Positions 24,320 through 38,137 of a stretch of DNA of 64,000 nt are shown here, one piece after another. Every line of letters starts with the position of its first letter. The first letter of the stretch is position 1. The position numbers and the translations under genes were made by a program. Source of the DNA: Vitrella brassicaformis CCMP3155 (taxonomy: Eukaryota; Protista; Chromerida); assembly GCA_001179505.1 (NCBI GenBank), contig CDMY01000295.1, forward strand, positions 434,001 through 498,000. Direction: 5' to 3'. The notes beneath the pieces are model-generated. The model saw nothing but the letters and a program-made list of their open reading frames with translations. It ran no database searches and was not told the DNA's origin.

Positions 24320-24354
24320 CCCTGAGCCCTAAACCCTCAACCCAAAGCCCTAGC
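24320..24354. repeat. Five tandem degenerate CCCTAAA-like heptamers (telo-box-like) in a divergent promoter
   Basis: CCCTGAG CCCTAAA CCCTCAA CCCAAAG CCCTAGC, read directly from the sequence. Confidence 0.7.
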
Positions 24355-24480
24355 GGCTTTGGCGGCGCGTGTGATGTTGTGTGTGAGCAAAGTACAGAAC
24401 ACGCAAGATCCACAGCGGCAGCCCGCGCATCCATCGCTCACTGTTTGTGTGCTCTGGTGTTGAGCTGCAGGTTGTCGTGT

Positions 24481-26244
24481 ATGCGCATCGGCCCTCGTCT
24501 GTCCATCGCTGTTGCCTTCTCCCTGCTGCTGAGGAGTGAGGCGCTCATCCACTCACCACTCGTCGGTGTGCGGCGCCTCTCTCTTCGGCCTCTGCTGCGC
24601 CTGCCCCATCGCATAGCCCTCCGCCCTGCCATCATGGCCACCAAGCGAGAGGTCATGATCAGACAGACAGCAGCCGCAGCAACACATAGCAGATCCCCAT
24701 CAGCAGCTCATGAAGAGTGTGCATTCCTGTGCGTGCGTGTTTTCAGTTGTCGGAGTGTTCGCCCGATGACGGCGATGCAGCGGCCGATGCGGCCATGGCC
24801 AATAGCAAGGGGGCCGGCAGCAGCAACAACAACAACAGCAACAACAACAATAAGAACAGCAAGAAGGCCAAGGTGCAGATGGGCCTGGATGCGTTTGTGA
24901 TCCGCAAGGAGCGGCCGAAGAAGGACGGCGGCGAGGGCGCATCGTCGTCGAGCGGGGCGGCAACAGCGGCTGCTGCTGCTCCGGTTGACCCGGCGTTTGA
25001 GGCCAAGTGGGAGACCCAACTCGGACCGGCGTGGTGAGAGCATGGAGGGACAGATGGATGGATGGATGGATGGCTGCCAGCATCAAGTGCTTTGTGTGTG
25101 TGTGTGTGTGTGTGTTGGTGTGTGTGTGGGTCATCCGCAGGTATGGTGCGCTGAAGAGCGAGTTGTGTCAGTCGTACTTCACCACGTGCATCGACAAGGT
25201 GGACAAGGAACGGCGGAACAAGAAGGTCGGCCGGCCGGCTACACACAAAACACCCACACCCGCAGCCGCACCAGCAGACAAGCGGCCATTCCCTCTGTCT
25301 GTGCTCTATTGTGTTGTGTTGTGGTGTGTTGTGGTGTGTTGTGGTGTGTTGTGGTGGCAGGTGTATCCGCCCGAGGAGTTGGTATTCAACGCGTTCCGCA
25401 GCACCCCGTATGCACTACAAACGCCCTCATGTCGCCCCAACAACAACCGCTCATCTGTCTATCTGTCTCGTGTGCGTGGTGCCTGCAGGCTGGATAAGGT
25501 GAAGGTGGTCATTGTGGGTCAGGACCCCTACCACCAGCCCAAACAGGCCATGGTGGGCAGACTAAGCCTCACCGCACACACGTCGGCCAACACACAGAGC
25601 TCTTCCTCCTCCCTTTGCAGGGTTTGTGTTTCTCGGTGCCTCGAGGCGTGCAGCCGCCGCCCAGCCTCAAGAACATGTTTGAAGAAATCGGTAGGCATAC
25701 GAAAGAAAACAGCCCATTTCATGCTTTCTCATGCCGGGGCCGTGCGCGTGTATGTTTCAGGCTGCTCATCGAGCCACGGCGATCTGACCAGCTGGACGGA
25801 GCAGGGCGTCTTCCTTCTCAACGCGTTGTAAGCCAAAAACCGTCGCACACACACATCCATCCATCCCGCTGCACCACAGACACGCGCGCATCCCCCTCCT
25901 TCCTTCCTTCCCTCCCTCCCTCCCTCCCTCCCTGTCTGTCTGTCTGTCTGTCTGTCTGGTTGGTCAGGTTGACGGTAGCAGAGGGCAGCCCGATGTCGCA
26001 CAAGGACATGGGGTGGGCGCGGTTCACCGACCGGGTGATAGACGTCATCAACAGGGAGACCAAGGGGACGATCTTCCTGCTGTGGGGCAAGGCGGCCCAG
26101 AAGAAGGGCGAGAAGATCAACAGGTCCCGCCACCACGTGCTGGAGGCCGGACACCCATCCCCCCTCTCCATTAAGCACTTCGAGGGTATGGATGTATGGC
26201 ACCGTCCGAAGCGCCCTGTGTGTGCCTTGGTGTTCGTCCATTCA

Positions 26245-26294
<50 letters not shown>

Positions 26295-26399
26295 TGTCTG
26301 CCTTGTGTTGTGTGTGTAGGTTGCCAGCATTTTCAGAGGGCGAATGCCATCCTGGAGAAACGCGGGGAGGCGCCCATTCAGTGGGAACTCCCGCAATAA
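24481..26399 (+). CDS. UNG: Uracil-DNA glycosylase (family 1)
   Basis: Spliced motifs: [51 protein letters not shown]-like [18 protein letters not shown]. The N-terminal extension starts at ATG 24481, with a second ATG at 24795. Confidence 0.96.
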
Positions 26400-27214
26400 G
26401 TAGACAGACAGACAGGTAGACAGCCCGGGCTTGACATGATGCCGCGTCGATAGCCATAGCCTGCCTATTGGTCGAGGAGCGGCCGCTGCACGACTCATGG
26501 CCGCTGGCCGCACGGTTCTGCAGTGTACATGTCTGCAGCCAGCCAGCCAGCCAGGTGCAGATTAGACTGAAGGGGTGGGGATTATATGATGGTAGACGGA
26601 CAGGACAGCAGTGCAGTGAGTGGATGTGATGTGCATGTGGCACCAAATGTCGGAACTCAGTTGCCAACTCAATTATTGCCGGGCGTCTCTGAAAACAAGC
26701 CGAAAGACCGGCTAGACGATTGGCTCACGGCAGAGATCAGGAACGGCTGATGATTGAGGGCCCCTGGTGCCTCAGGCCCGCCCCAAAAGACCTCGAAGGC
26801 CGCATGAGAACTGGGTCGAGTGAGGATCGAATTACTGTTTTTCTCGACGCTGGCAAATTTATTTTGCGATTTTGGTGGCCAACCACTTCCCTGTACGAAT
26901 GGGCAGACGCCTTCTCAACAACACGGGGGAAAAATGGAGGGCGAGAGCTGCGAGCTTTTTTCTCAGCTCGCAGAGTCCCTTAGGACGTTCCGTGAAACAA
27001 CTCTCTCAGCAGGGAGCCTGTGGTTTTTCGAGATAGCCGAGAAAGGACCAGTATATCGACGCCTGCCCAGGATCGCATTTGCATCCAGAAGTACCTTCAT
27101 TTTCTTTCGCAAGGGCTCAATCGAAGGCCATCACCGATTTCTCCCGGTTTTTGACCGGGTCTCGCTTGTGTCAGCGCATAGGAGGGCACCGGAGCACCAC
27201 GTAGGACCCACCTG

Positions 27215-30024
<2,810 letters not shown>

Positions 30025-30379
30025 CTGAATGACTTAAGATGAGCTGTTTTTTCGGTTGACTAACCGAGTGAGTGCTCGAAGTGTGTTGATACATTCATCT
30101 GCGGCGAGTGAGATTGCTGCTGGGAGGGAGGTCGCAGTGCATTTTGTGTTGTGGGTAACTTAAGAGAAACAGGCAATGGATGGGTGCCTGTATGAGTGTC
30201 AAGCCCGTTGCAGTGCTCGAACTGCTGCCGGACATCTCCACATTGGGTCCACAACCGAGGCGCTAAGGATGCTCTCGCCAAGAACCGGTTACCGGGCCGC
30301 CCATCTTGGCCGAATGATTCGCATTCGCATGCAGCCCCCAGGCAATTTGCCCCCAGGCGGTCCTCTGTCTTCGCATCCC

Positions 30380-32993
30380 ATGGCGGTCGTTCTCCTCGCG
30401 CTCCTCGGGGCGAGCCTACTCCTGCTGTCGAGTCCCCCACAGCCTGCCCTAGCAGTCCATGTGTCGCGGAGGACTCTGCTCGTTGAGGATGAGCTGCGAA
30501 AGCCGCTGATCACGGGCGAACACCAGGGAGGTCCGCTGGTGAATATGTGCAGTGGTAGGTGGCAGCACTTGGGCAGCACATGAAAAAAGTAGGGAGGAGG
30601 GATGACTGTTCTGATTGTTGCAACAGTCACATGGAACGCGGGGTCATCCGGCTGAGCGAAGCTGAAGGGCTGGCTGTCTGCCCTGCCTGCCGTCAAACAA
30701 GCAACAGGTAGGGGAGCTTGGGGGGGTGGGGGGGTGGGGGGGGAGTATTTGGAAGGTCGTCGAGTGGACACTTCAATCACACGATTACGTGTCTCCCTCC
30801 TACTCGTTCGATGCATGCTGTTTTGCCTTTTTGCAGGAGGTGTGGCAGACGAGGACTTCAAGAATGCCATCTCCTTGCTCATGGCTACCTGCATGGCTAA
30901 GCATCGGAAGCCGACCCCTGACATCGTCCAAATGACCATCGAGGAATCCGGGGACGACAAACTGGTGAAATACTTCGACGAGCTTCGACAGGCGCGTGGC
31001 AGGACAGATTGATCCCGGCGGTTAGAAGGAAAAGAGGTGATTTCGTTTGTGCTCGAGTAATTGTGGTTGTATATGGCCGCACAGTTCCGCTCCGAGATGA
31101 GGTGCTTCCGATATTCAAAATGGATGCAATGGGTACGGCGCAGCATCATGGGAAAGGCTGTGGGATGAGGTTCATGACCGAAGACACATCGTCGCCGCCA
31201 AGAGGAGTTTTGATGTAGGCGGGCAGACGCACAACGCACATCTACGCCACGTCTCTCTCCATGTCTCCTTGTGTCATAAATCAGGGCAATTTTTGTCGAC
31301 AAAGAGAGACTCAGCAAAAGAAATCTCGAAGTGGAAAGGGTCGATACGTGGAAGGAGCCGTTTCATACGTTGGTGAGAACTCATGTGACATCCATAATCT
31401 CTCATTTTCTACATGGCCAAATGCAGTTTATCAACAAGATGGAAGCAGAGTATACTGAGTCCACGGCCAGCAAGTCAGCAGTGTATGCTCGGCTGGCCAT
31501 ACGATTCCAACATGGCAACTCGACCTCAAAATCCGGTCGGAAGGACAGCATTACCAGCTTTTTTAAGAAGACCTCACCACTCTTCGCGTGCAGACTTCAA
31601 TCTTTGCTTTGCCGGCACTCACCTTAAGACACAAGACGATGTGCGCCATTCTCAGGCCAAGCGAATAACGTCTTTTCTGACGAACTCACGCTTTGATGCT
31701 CGAAATCTTCGTGCAGACTGCGACGCGGCAGTGTTGTGAGTAAAGAACGAGATACCTATGTCGATTGATTGCGTGTATATTCTGGATGGCTCGTGTTTGT
31801 CTGTGCCATGCAGCAATGGCGCTTTCAATCCACGCAAGGGGCGAGAGATGAGAGATTGCGACCCCAAGACCAAGGCCTGCATGGGGAAAATCTACGATGA
31901 CAGCAACTGTAGATTGGAGACTCACTGTGAATGCCATGCCACTATCGTATTTGTGAGTTCATGTTGGTGTGCAGGTGCAGAAATGCTTACACCAAACGGT
32001 AAAGGGTTCATCGACTATGACCACCTGCTAGAAGTCGCCAAGGCAAGAGACGAAATCACGACGCTTTGGCGAGGGTGGCACATGAAAGGTGCAATAGCCC
32101 CTGAAAGTCTCATTCTCGATGGGGACTGGAAAGAGGTGTGATGAATGATAAGGAAGAGACGAGACATGAAGAAGTAGCACTGGCTCTCTGCAGATACCCA
32201 TTAACTTCCTTCCAACATTCACACGTCCAGTCCGACGAGAGAAGCCCACAAAGATTGACGAGTGTTACTACAAGCCGAAGCGCCAAGCCACGAACAAGAC
32301 GAAGCTGGAAACTCCACGTGAGGACCTAGCTGATCACATGCTTTGCGAGGCGGAAGAGGAGAATGTGGACAATTTTGGGTACAACATGGAGGCAGGTACG
32401 TAGACATACAGACGGCATGCGAGATTGGTTATCTTTTGCGCGTCTTCTCGTCTTAGCGTGTGCGGCGGGAGAGTGTTACCTGGGTAAGGTGACTTGTGCG
32501 TGGGATGGACGTGTACATCTGTCTGTGCTCTGTATTGATGTATGTGCCTGTGCGTCAGTCGGAAGTCGCAAGAAAAGCAAGAGGATGAAATGTAGGCAAC
32601 GTATATATTAAGAAAGCAGTCAACCGACCATTCATGTCTCCTGCTTGAGTAGGTCCTCAGTACTGCGACCGCGTTCTTGTGTGGCCTGGGAGCGTCTGTC
32701 GTGCCGGCTTGTACAGGTAATCACGGCTACAAACTGCTGAATAGATAGGATGATGTATATCAATCCTTGCTGTGAGCTGTATCTACAGCTCAGTACCCCA
32801 CATCACGGCTTCTGACCACACCCCCGTCTACGCCATCTTGCAGCTGGAGATCCCACAACGCGATAAGATACGGTCGAGGAGAATTGAGCGCCTAATGAAA
32901 AACCTCACAAACAGACTCAAATCAGTCAGACTCGACAGACTCAAATCAGCCATCTCTTCTGTGAAACCAAACAGCGACTCATCTCGGCCCTGA
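30380..32993 (+). pseudogene. Inositol polyphosphate 5-phosphatase-like (IPPc/EEP fold) gene with a signal peptide and an in-frame TGA (pseudogene or recoded)
   Basis: Hand-spliced motifs appear in the expected order: VTWNAG, PDIVQMTIEE, ASKSAVYARL, FNLCFAGTHL, VFNGAFNPR, WKE|IPINFLPTF, GPQYCDRVL, SSVPHITASDHTPVYA. TGA at 30653-30655 is in frame. Confidence 0.78.
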
Positions 32994-33570
32994 CTCAGAG
33001 ACGCGACAGTGAAGAGGAATGAGTGGATGGATTGCATGAAGATATGGATGGATGCTGTTATTGTAGCCACGTCCGCAGGCGGCTCGAATGCGTGAGTGAA
33101 TGGAGTCAATGTGATGGAGGGTGGCTCTGGTGAGTCATTCACGGCGAGAAACCCCGCAAAGAACAAGTAGAAGATAAACCAACCATGTGTGCTGTGAGCC
33201 ATGTGCACTGCAGAGACACAAGTCAGCATATATGTCTTTCCGATGATCGGCCTTCGACGCATCAGTGCCGTGCATCAGCAGCGGCCAGCCGTCGATGAAC
33301 GAACGCACTCACACAGCCGGGCAGCACGGAAGACAGGCAGAACACACACATAAGATGGGATGACCACTGCGAAAAAAACAAACAAAACCTCACCGTCTCG
33401 GTGATCAAATCTCAGCTCTACCACCCGACCCACGACAAACCACCCACGAGCGACGACCGAACGACAAACGGACACATACAGCCTCACCGCCCGCCCACTC
33501 GCCAGCACTAAAAAAGCCATGAATGCACGCGATGGCCACGCACACTTATCTCGCTCATCCTGGCTGTTAG

Positions 33571-34536
33571 TCATGTCTGTTTCTTCTTTTCCCTCAGCTT
33601 GGCCCCATCGGCCTCGAGCACTGTCTTGACATAGTACGCGACCACCCACAGCTCGCACAGGAGGGCCATGGCCCTCCCGGCCGCCAACACGGCCCCGACG
33701 GCCGGGTGCGCCAGCCATCTGGCCAAAGGAAGGGTCAGCAGCAGCGGCCGGGCAATGTCGGTCTGCAGGTACGCCCACAGGGGCAAAAACATGAGGCCGC
33801 TGATGACCAGGGTGCCGGGGAGGGTGCGGAAGTTGTTGGAGAGGATCTTGCGGACGATCCAGGGGGCGGCTGCGAAGCAGGCCTCCTTCCAGTTGCCACT
33901 TGCCCTCTCGGTGTTGGTGAAGGCGAAGACGAGCCACTCGACGCACGCGATAAGCGGGGCCACCGACGGAGCCACGCGCGACCACAGCAGCTGCCGGCTG
34001 ATGTTGTCGATCACCACATCGATGATCGCACCGAACTCGCTCGACTGGTCAAACAGCCGGGCCGTCAAACCTGAATCGATGCAACACACACACACACACA
34101 CACACACACACGAACAACGAAAAGACGATACTCATCTGTGTCTGCCCGTTCGTCTGGCTGCATCCGCCGAGCCATAAAGGAAGTCAGTCAGACAAATCCC
34201 TCCCTTACCATCGAAGAAGTCCAGTGTGAACCCCAGGGCATAGAGCAGCGAGAAGGCCAGCGGCCTCTGGTACATGAACCCAAACATGGCCCCCAGCAGC
34301 ACCAGCCGCACATAGCCAATCAGATTCGGCACATAGAACAGTGGTGCCATCATCAGCCGCCTCTTCTCGCGTATCGCCTCCTTCGCCCGGCCCACGGTGA
34401 TGGCCGCGCGCGACTGAACCTGCCCGTCTTCTGCAATCGGCTGGCCGGGGAGCTCAGTGATTGGCGCTGTGACAATGCTCGAGTGGCTGCTGAGTGATGA
34501 GGAGAGAGGTGCCTTTCTGCCGAAGAGGGAAGGCAT
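33571..34536 (-). CDS. CDP-alcohol phosphatidyltransferase (phosphatidylinositol-synthase-like)
   Basis: LFYVPNLIGYVR and, across intron 34071-34208, DFFDG|LTARLFDQSSEFGAIIDVVID match DGxxARxxxxxxxxGxxxDxxxD. An alternative upstream ATG lies at 34617. Confidence 0.88.
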
Positions 34537-34818
34537 CTTGACGGCTGCTGAAGCTGTGACGAATAAAGGTCGCACCACCGCTGCACACGCCGGTAAGGAT
34601 GAAGCCTCGGCCTGCATCAGGTAGGTTGTTACTATACTACTACTCAAGCGGTCAGGATGTTTATGTTGTCACATCTGTCGCCGTGTTTGCTCATCTGCTT
34701 CCGTTCAAAAACACCTCCATTCTCCGCCAGGTTTCCGTTTCACGGCGATAGTTTCACGGTAGCTCGCAAAAGGAGGAAGGGAAAGGGGAAGGAATGGGAT
34801 TTGCCACGTAGTTGAGAA

Positions 34819-37161
34819 ATGGCAACAGGTCGGCGCTCCTCATTTGGCTCCAACCACGTGGGAGAAGACGACGAGCTGAATTGGGCGGAGGCTCAGGGTC
34901 GCCGGGCGACAGACGAAGGCGCACCTGTTCCAGCAACAGGACTACATGCACTTGGCGGGAGGCAAGAGACCGACGAGCGACCTCACCGCTCTGACGTGCC
35001 ACTACACTCGCCTGGCCCTCCCGGCCTACATGTGTCGCCCGAGATGATGAGTATCGCCCAGGAGGCATTCCTTCTGGCGACAATCAGGCAACGTCAACAT
35101 CATCCTACCAGTGGGGATGGGCCCCTGTCCTTCAAGTGAGCAGAAAGACGTGTAGGTCAGTCAGTCAGTCCTGTGTGTGTGTGGATGATGGATGCATTGC
35201 ATTCTTCCATCTCCTTCTTGTATGTATCTTGTCCCCCCTTGTGTTGCGTGTGCAGGGACATCCGTTTGACCACGTCGTCCGTCGTGCATGGCCTCCCTCT
35301 AGCGGAGCGGCTGCTGCACGACAACTTTCCTGCGGAGGCATTCGCCCCCTTCCATCCGCCACGGGGGGGCACCAAGCGCCGCGTGGATGGCACGAAGGCC
35401 GGTGCTGGGTGCGCGAAGGAGAGGTCCGTCGCGGCGTCCTCTAGTAGTGCAGCAGCAGCTGCTGCTGCTGCTGCTGGTAGTGGCGATGGTGTGGTGGCGG
35501 AGAGCGCCGCTGGAAGTGTTGTCAAGACAGGGGAGGGGGCAACGGGCAAGGGGAAGGGGAAGGATGGAGAAGAGGGAGGGCATCAGGTACGAAAGAGAGA
35601 AATCGCCCGCAGCTTATTGCGGGTGCCGCACAGCGCATGCGGACTGTGTCCATGTCTGGGTGTGGTGTGTCTGTCTGTGTGGTCGGTTCCCTCGTCAGGT
35701 GTGTCCGATATGCCAGGAGGAGTTGGTGTTGCTGCAGCAGCTGAGAAGAGTCGACGAATGTGGCCACTGTGTAAGTGAAGTGAAGTCACTCCTCCATCCC
35801 ACATACGCTCACAACACAGACATCTGTCTGTCTGTCTGCTGGTGACATTTTGTGTCAGTTCCACGCGTGGTGTCTAGACGAGTGGCTCGAGAAGAACTCC
35901 ACCTGCCCCATGTGCAGGCTTAACCTGCACGACTCTGCCCGTCGTCTTCGTGCCATGCTGCCGCCCCCGGAGCCCTCATCTCCCGGTGGCGAGTCGGACG
36001 CCACTCTGCCCGACAGGGACCCCCCCTTCGGCTTCCGTCCTCTGCCGGGTTTCGGCATCCCGCACTCTCACCATCACAGCTTCGTCTTCATCGAGGCACC
36101 TCTTGTCCAGAGGCAAGTCCAGCCGGCCACGCAGCCGCCGTCAGGGCAGACACCACCCACCCCGCCCCCTCCCGCCCCTCTGCAAACTCGCCAGCACCAG
36201 CCTGAGCGGCCGACGGGGACGTTGGCAAGCTTGCGCTCGAGGGCGATGCGTGCCATTCGGTCGCTCGTGCCGTCTGCTGGTGGCCGTCGTGGTGGTGGTG
36301 GTGGTCGGAGAGAGGCGCAAGGGGAGAGGGACACGGAGAGGGAGAGCGGTGACTGGAGGAGGGTGGTGCGGCGCCGTGTCGATCAGGGCCAGCATGAGGA
36401 GGGAGGGGGGAGTGGGGTTGAGGGGGGCGGCCGTGTTGGCCGCGGCAGGTGGCTTGTGGTAGAACAGGCACCTGTTTCACATGTGCAAGAGAGGGTCAGT
36501 GAGGGATGTGATGCACAGGGGCCGGGCCACCAGCACAGCACCAGCGAAAGAAGAATCAATCGGACGTGTGTCGCTTGTTTATTTCAGGAGCGTCCTGTCG
36601 TTTCTTCTGACGTCTTTCCCTCGGTGATTCCGCCAAGCCTGTACCCAGCGGGTGATGCTGGAGGTGGCAGTCGTGGCGATGCGGACGCGCCGGCCCACCC
36701 CATGACCCCCCCGCCCGCCTACACTGCCGACGAGGCCGAGCCCCAAGACCCCTCGCATGACGAGCTCCTCCATCCACAGTGGCTGCAAGCACCCCATCCC
36801 CCGGCTGCCCCAGTCCTGGGCGCTCACCCACCACCACCAAGGGCAATGGCAGCCGCAGCTGCTGCAGCCGCCTCGTCCGGGCCTAGCTCGTCTCAGACAG
36901 GACAGGCGCTGGACATCTATTACGACACGCCGACGCCGCTGCAGCCACGCTATGCGGTGAGTGAGTCGTGTGAGTGGGGGAGGGGCAACACACACGCCAC
37001 GCGGGTGGTCTGCGCAGTCACCGGCTCATCCATCGGTTAAACGGTCTGGGTGCTGTGTGCAGCACTCGATGCAGGCCATGCACGCCTCGATGGATGACAT
37101 CCATAGCGGCGGGCCACACGACGATGACCACCAAGACGCAGGCGGCTGGACGGACACATAG
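34819..37161 (+). CDS. RING-H2 zinc-finger protein (putative E3 ubiquitin ligase)
   Basis: Spliced CPICQEEL..ECGHC|FHAWCLDEWLEKNSTCPMCR, flanked by low-complexity sequence. The 3' end is approximate. Confidence 0.85.
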
Positions 37162-37427
37162 ATAGGGACTCACTCGTGGCATGGTCGATGCGATCGATGT
37201 GTAGCAGGCAGAGGTACCCGGGGGCCCACCCACCCATGGGCTTTTCTTTTCGCAATGTGTGGGTGTGCGTTAGTGGTGTGGTGTGGTGTGGGTGGGGGAT
37301 GCCGTGTGTGAGCGCGTGAAAAGACGTGTCCTGTGTCTTGCAGCCCTCAGGGCAATCGCAAAGACCTTAATGGCTGGATGGATGGATTTGCACGTTGCAA
37401 ATGGTTGAGGGGTCAAAACTCAGCGGT

Positions 37428-37458
<31 letters not shown>

Positions 37459-38137
37459 ACACGACCAACCAAATGGCCACACCACACACACTGCACGAAA
37501 CCGCAGTCAAGACAGACAGACAAGCACAGCCTGCCTACGAAGGACGTACGGCACGGCACTGCACACAAAGGCAAGGCAATGCGTTTATTCACTTTTCCGT
37601 CCCCCCGCCCACACAGCTCACATAACACACACCACACACACACACACACACAGAATGAGCACAAAAGACATACACGACGACACTTTTTTTATCTACCGGC
37701 GGACCGTTTCCCTCTCTGCAGCCCAGCCCACGCACAATCAGTAGCTGCGTACAACGGACAGCATCAGGGCTCGCTCGCTGCCATGCCCTGGCTGGCCTGC
37801 CTGGTGGGGTGCGTCCAGCCCAGCCGAACAAAAAAAGCTGTAGGGGAATACTACCTACCTGTCAGGCTCTGTGACAGAGCTACACTGATGAAACACTTGT
37901 CTAGAAGGGCACCGACACACACGGACACTGAGACACGCAGCGACAGGTCGCCCGACAACCCGCTTGAAGGAAGGCACAAGTTTCCTCTTCTCACATCTCA
38001 TCTCCCCCCCCACACATCACACACACATCTGCCCTGGTGCTCCCTCCTCTACCCTTGTTCGGCCACACAGTCAGTGACAGAAACCACATGTCGAATTGTA
38101 CACCAGACCAGACAAGACCTGCTCAGCTCAGCTCAAC

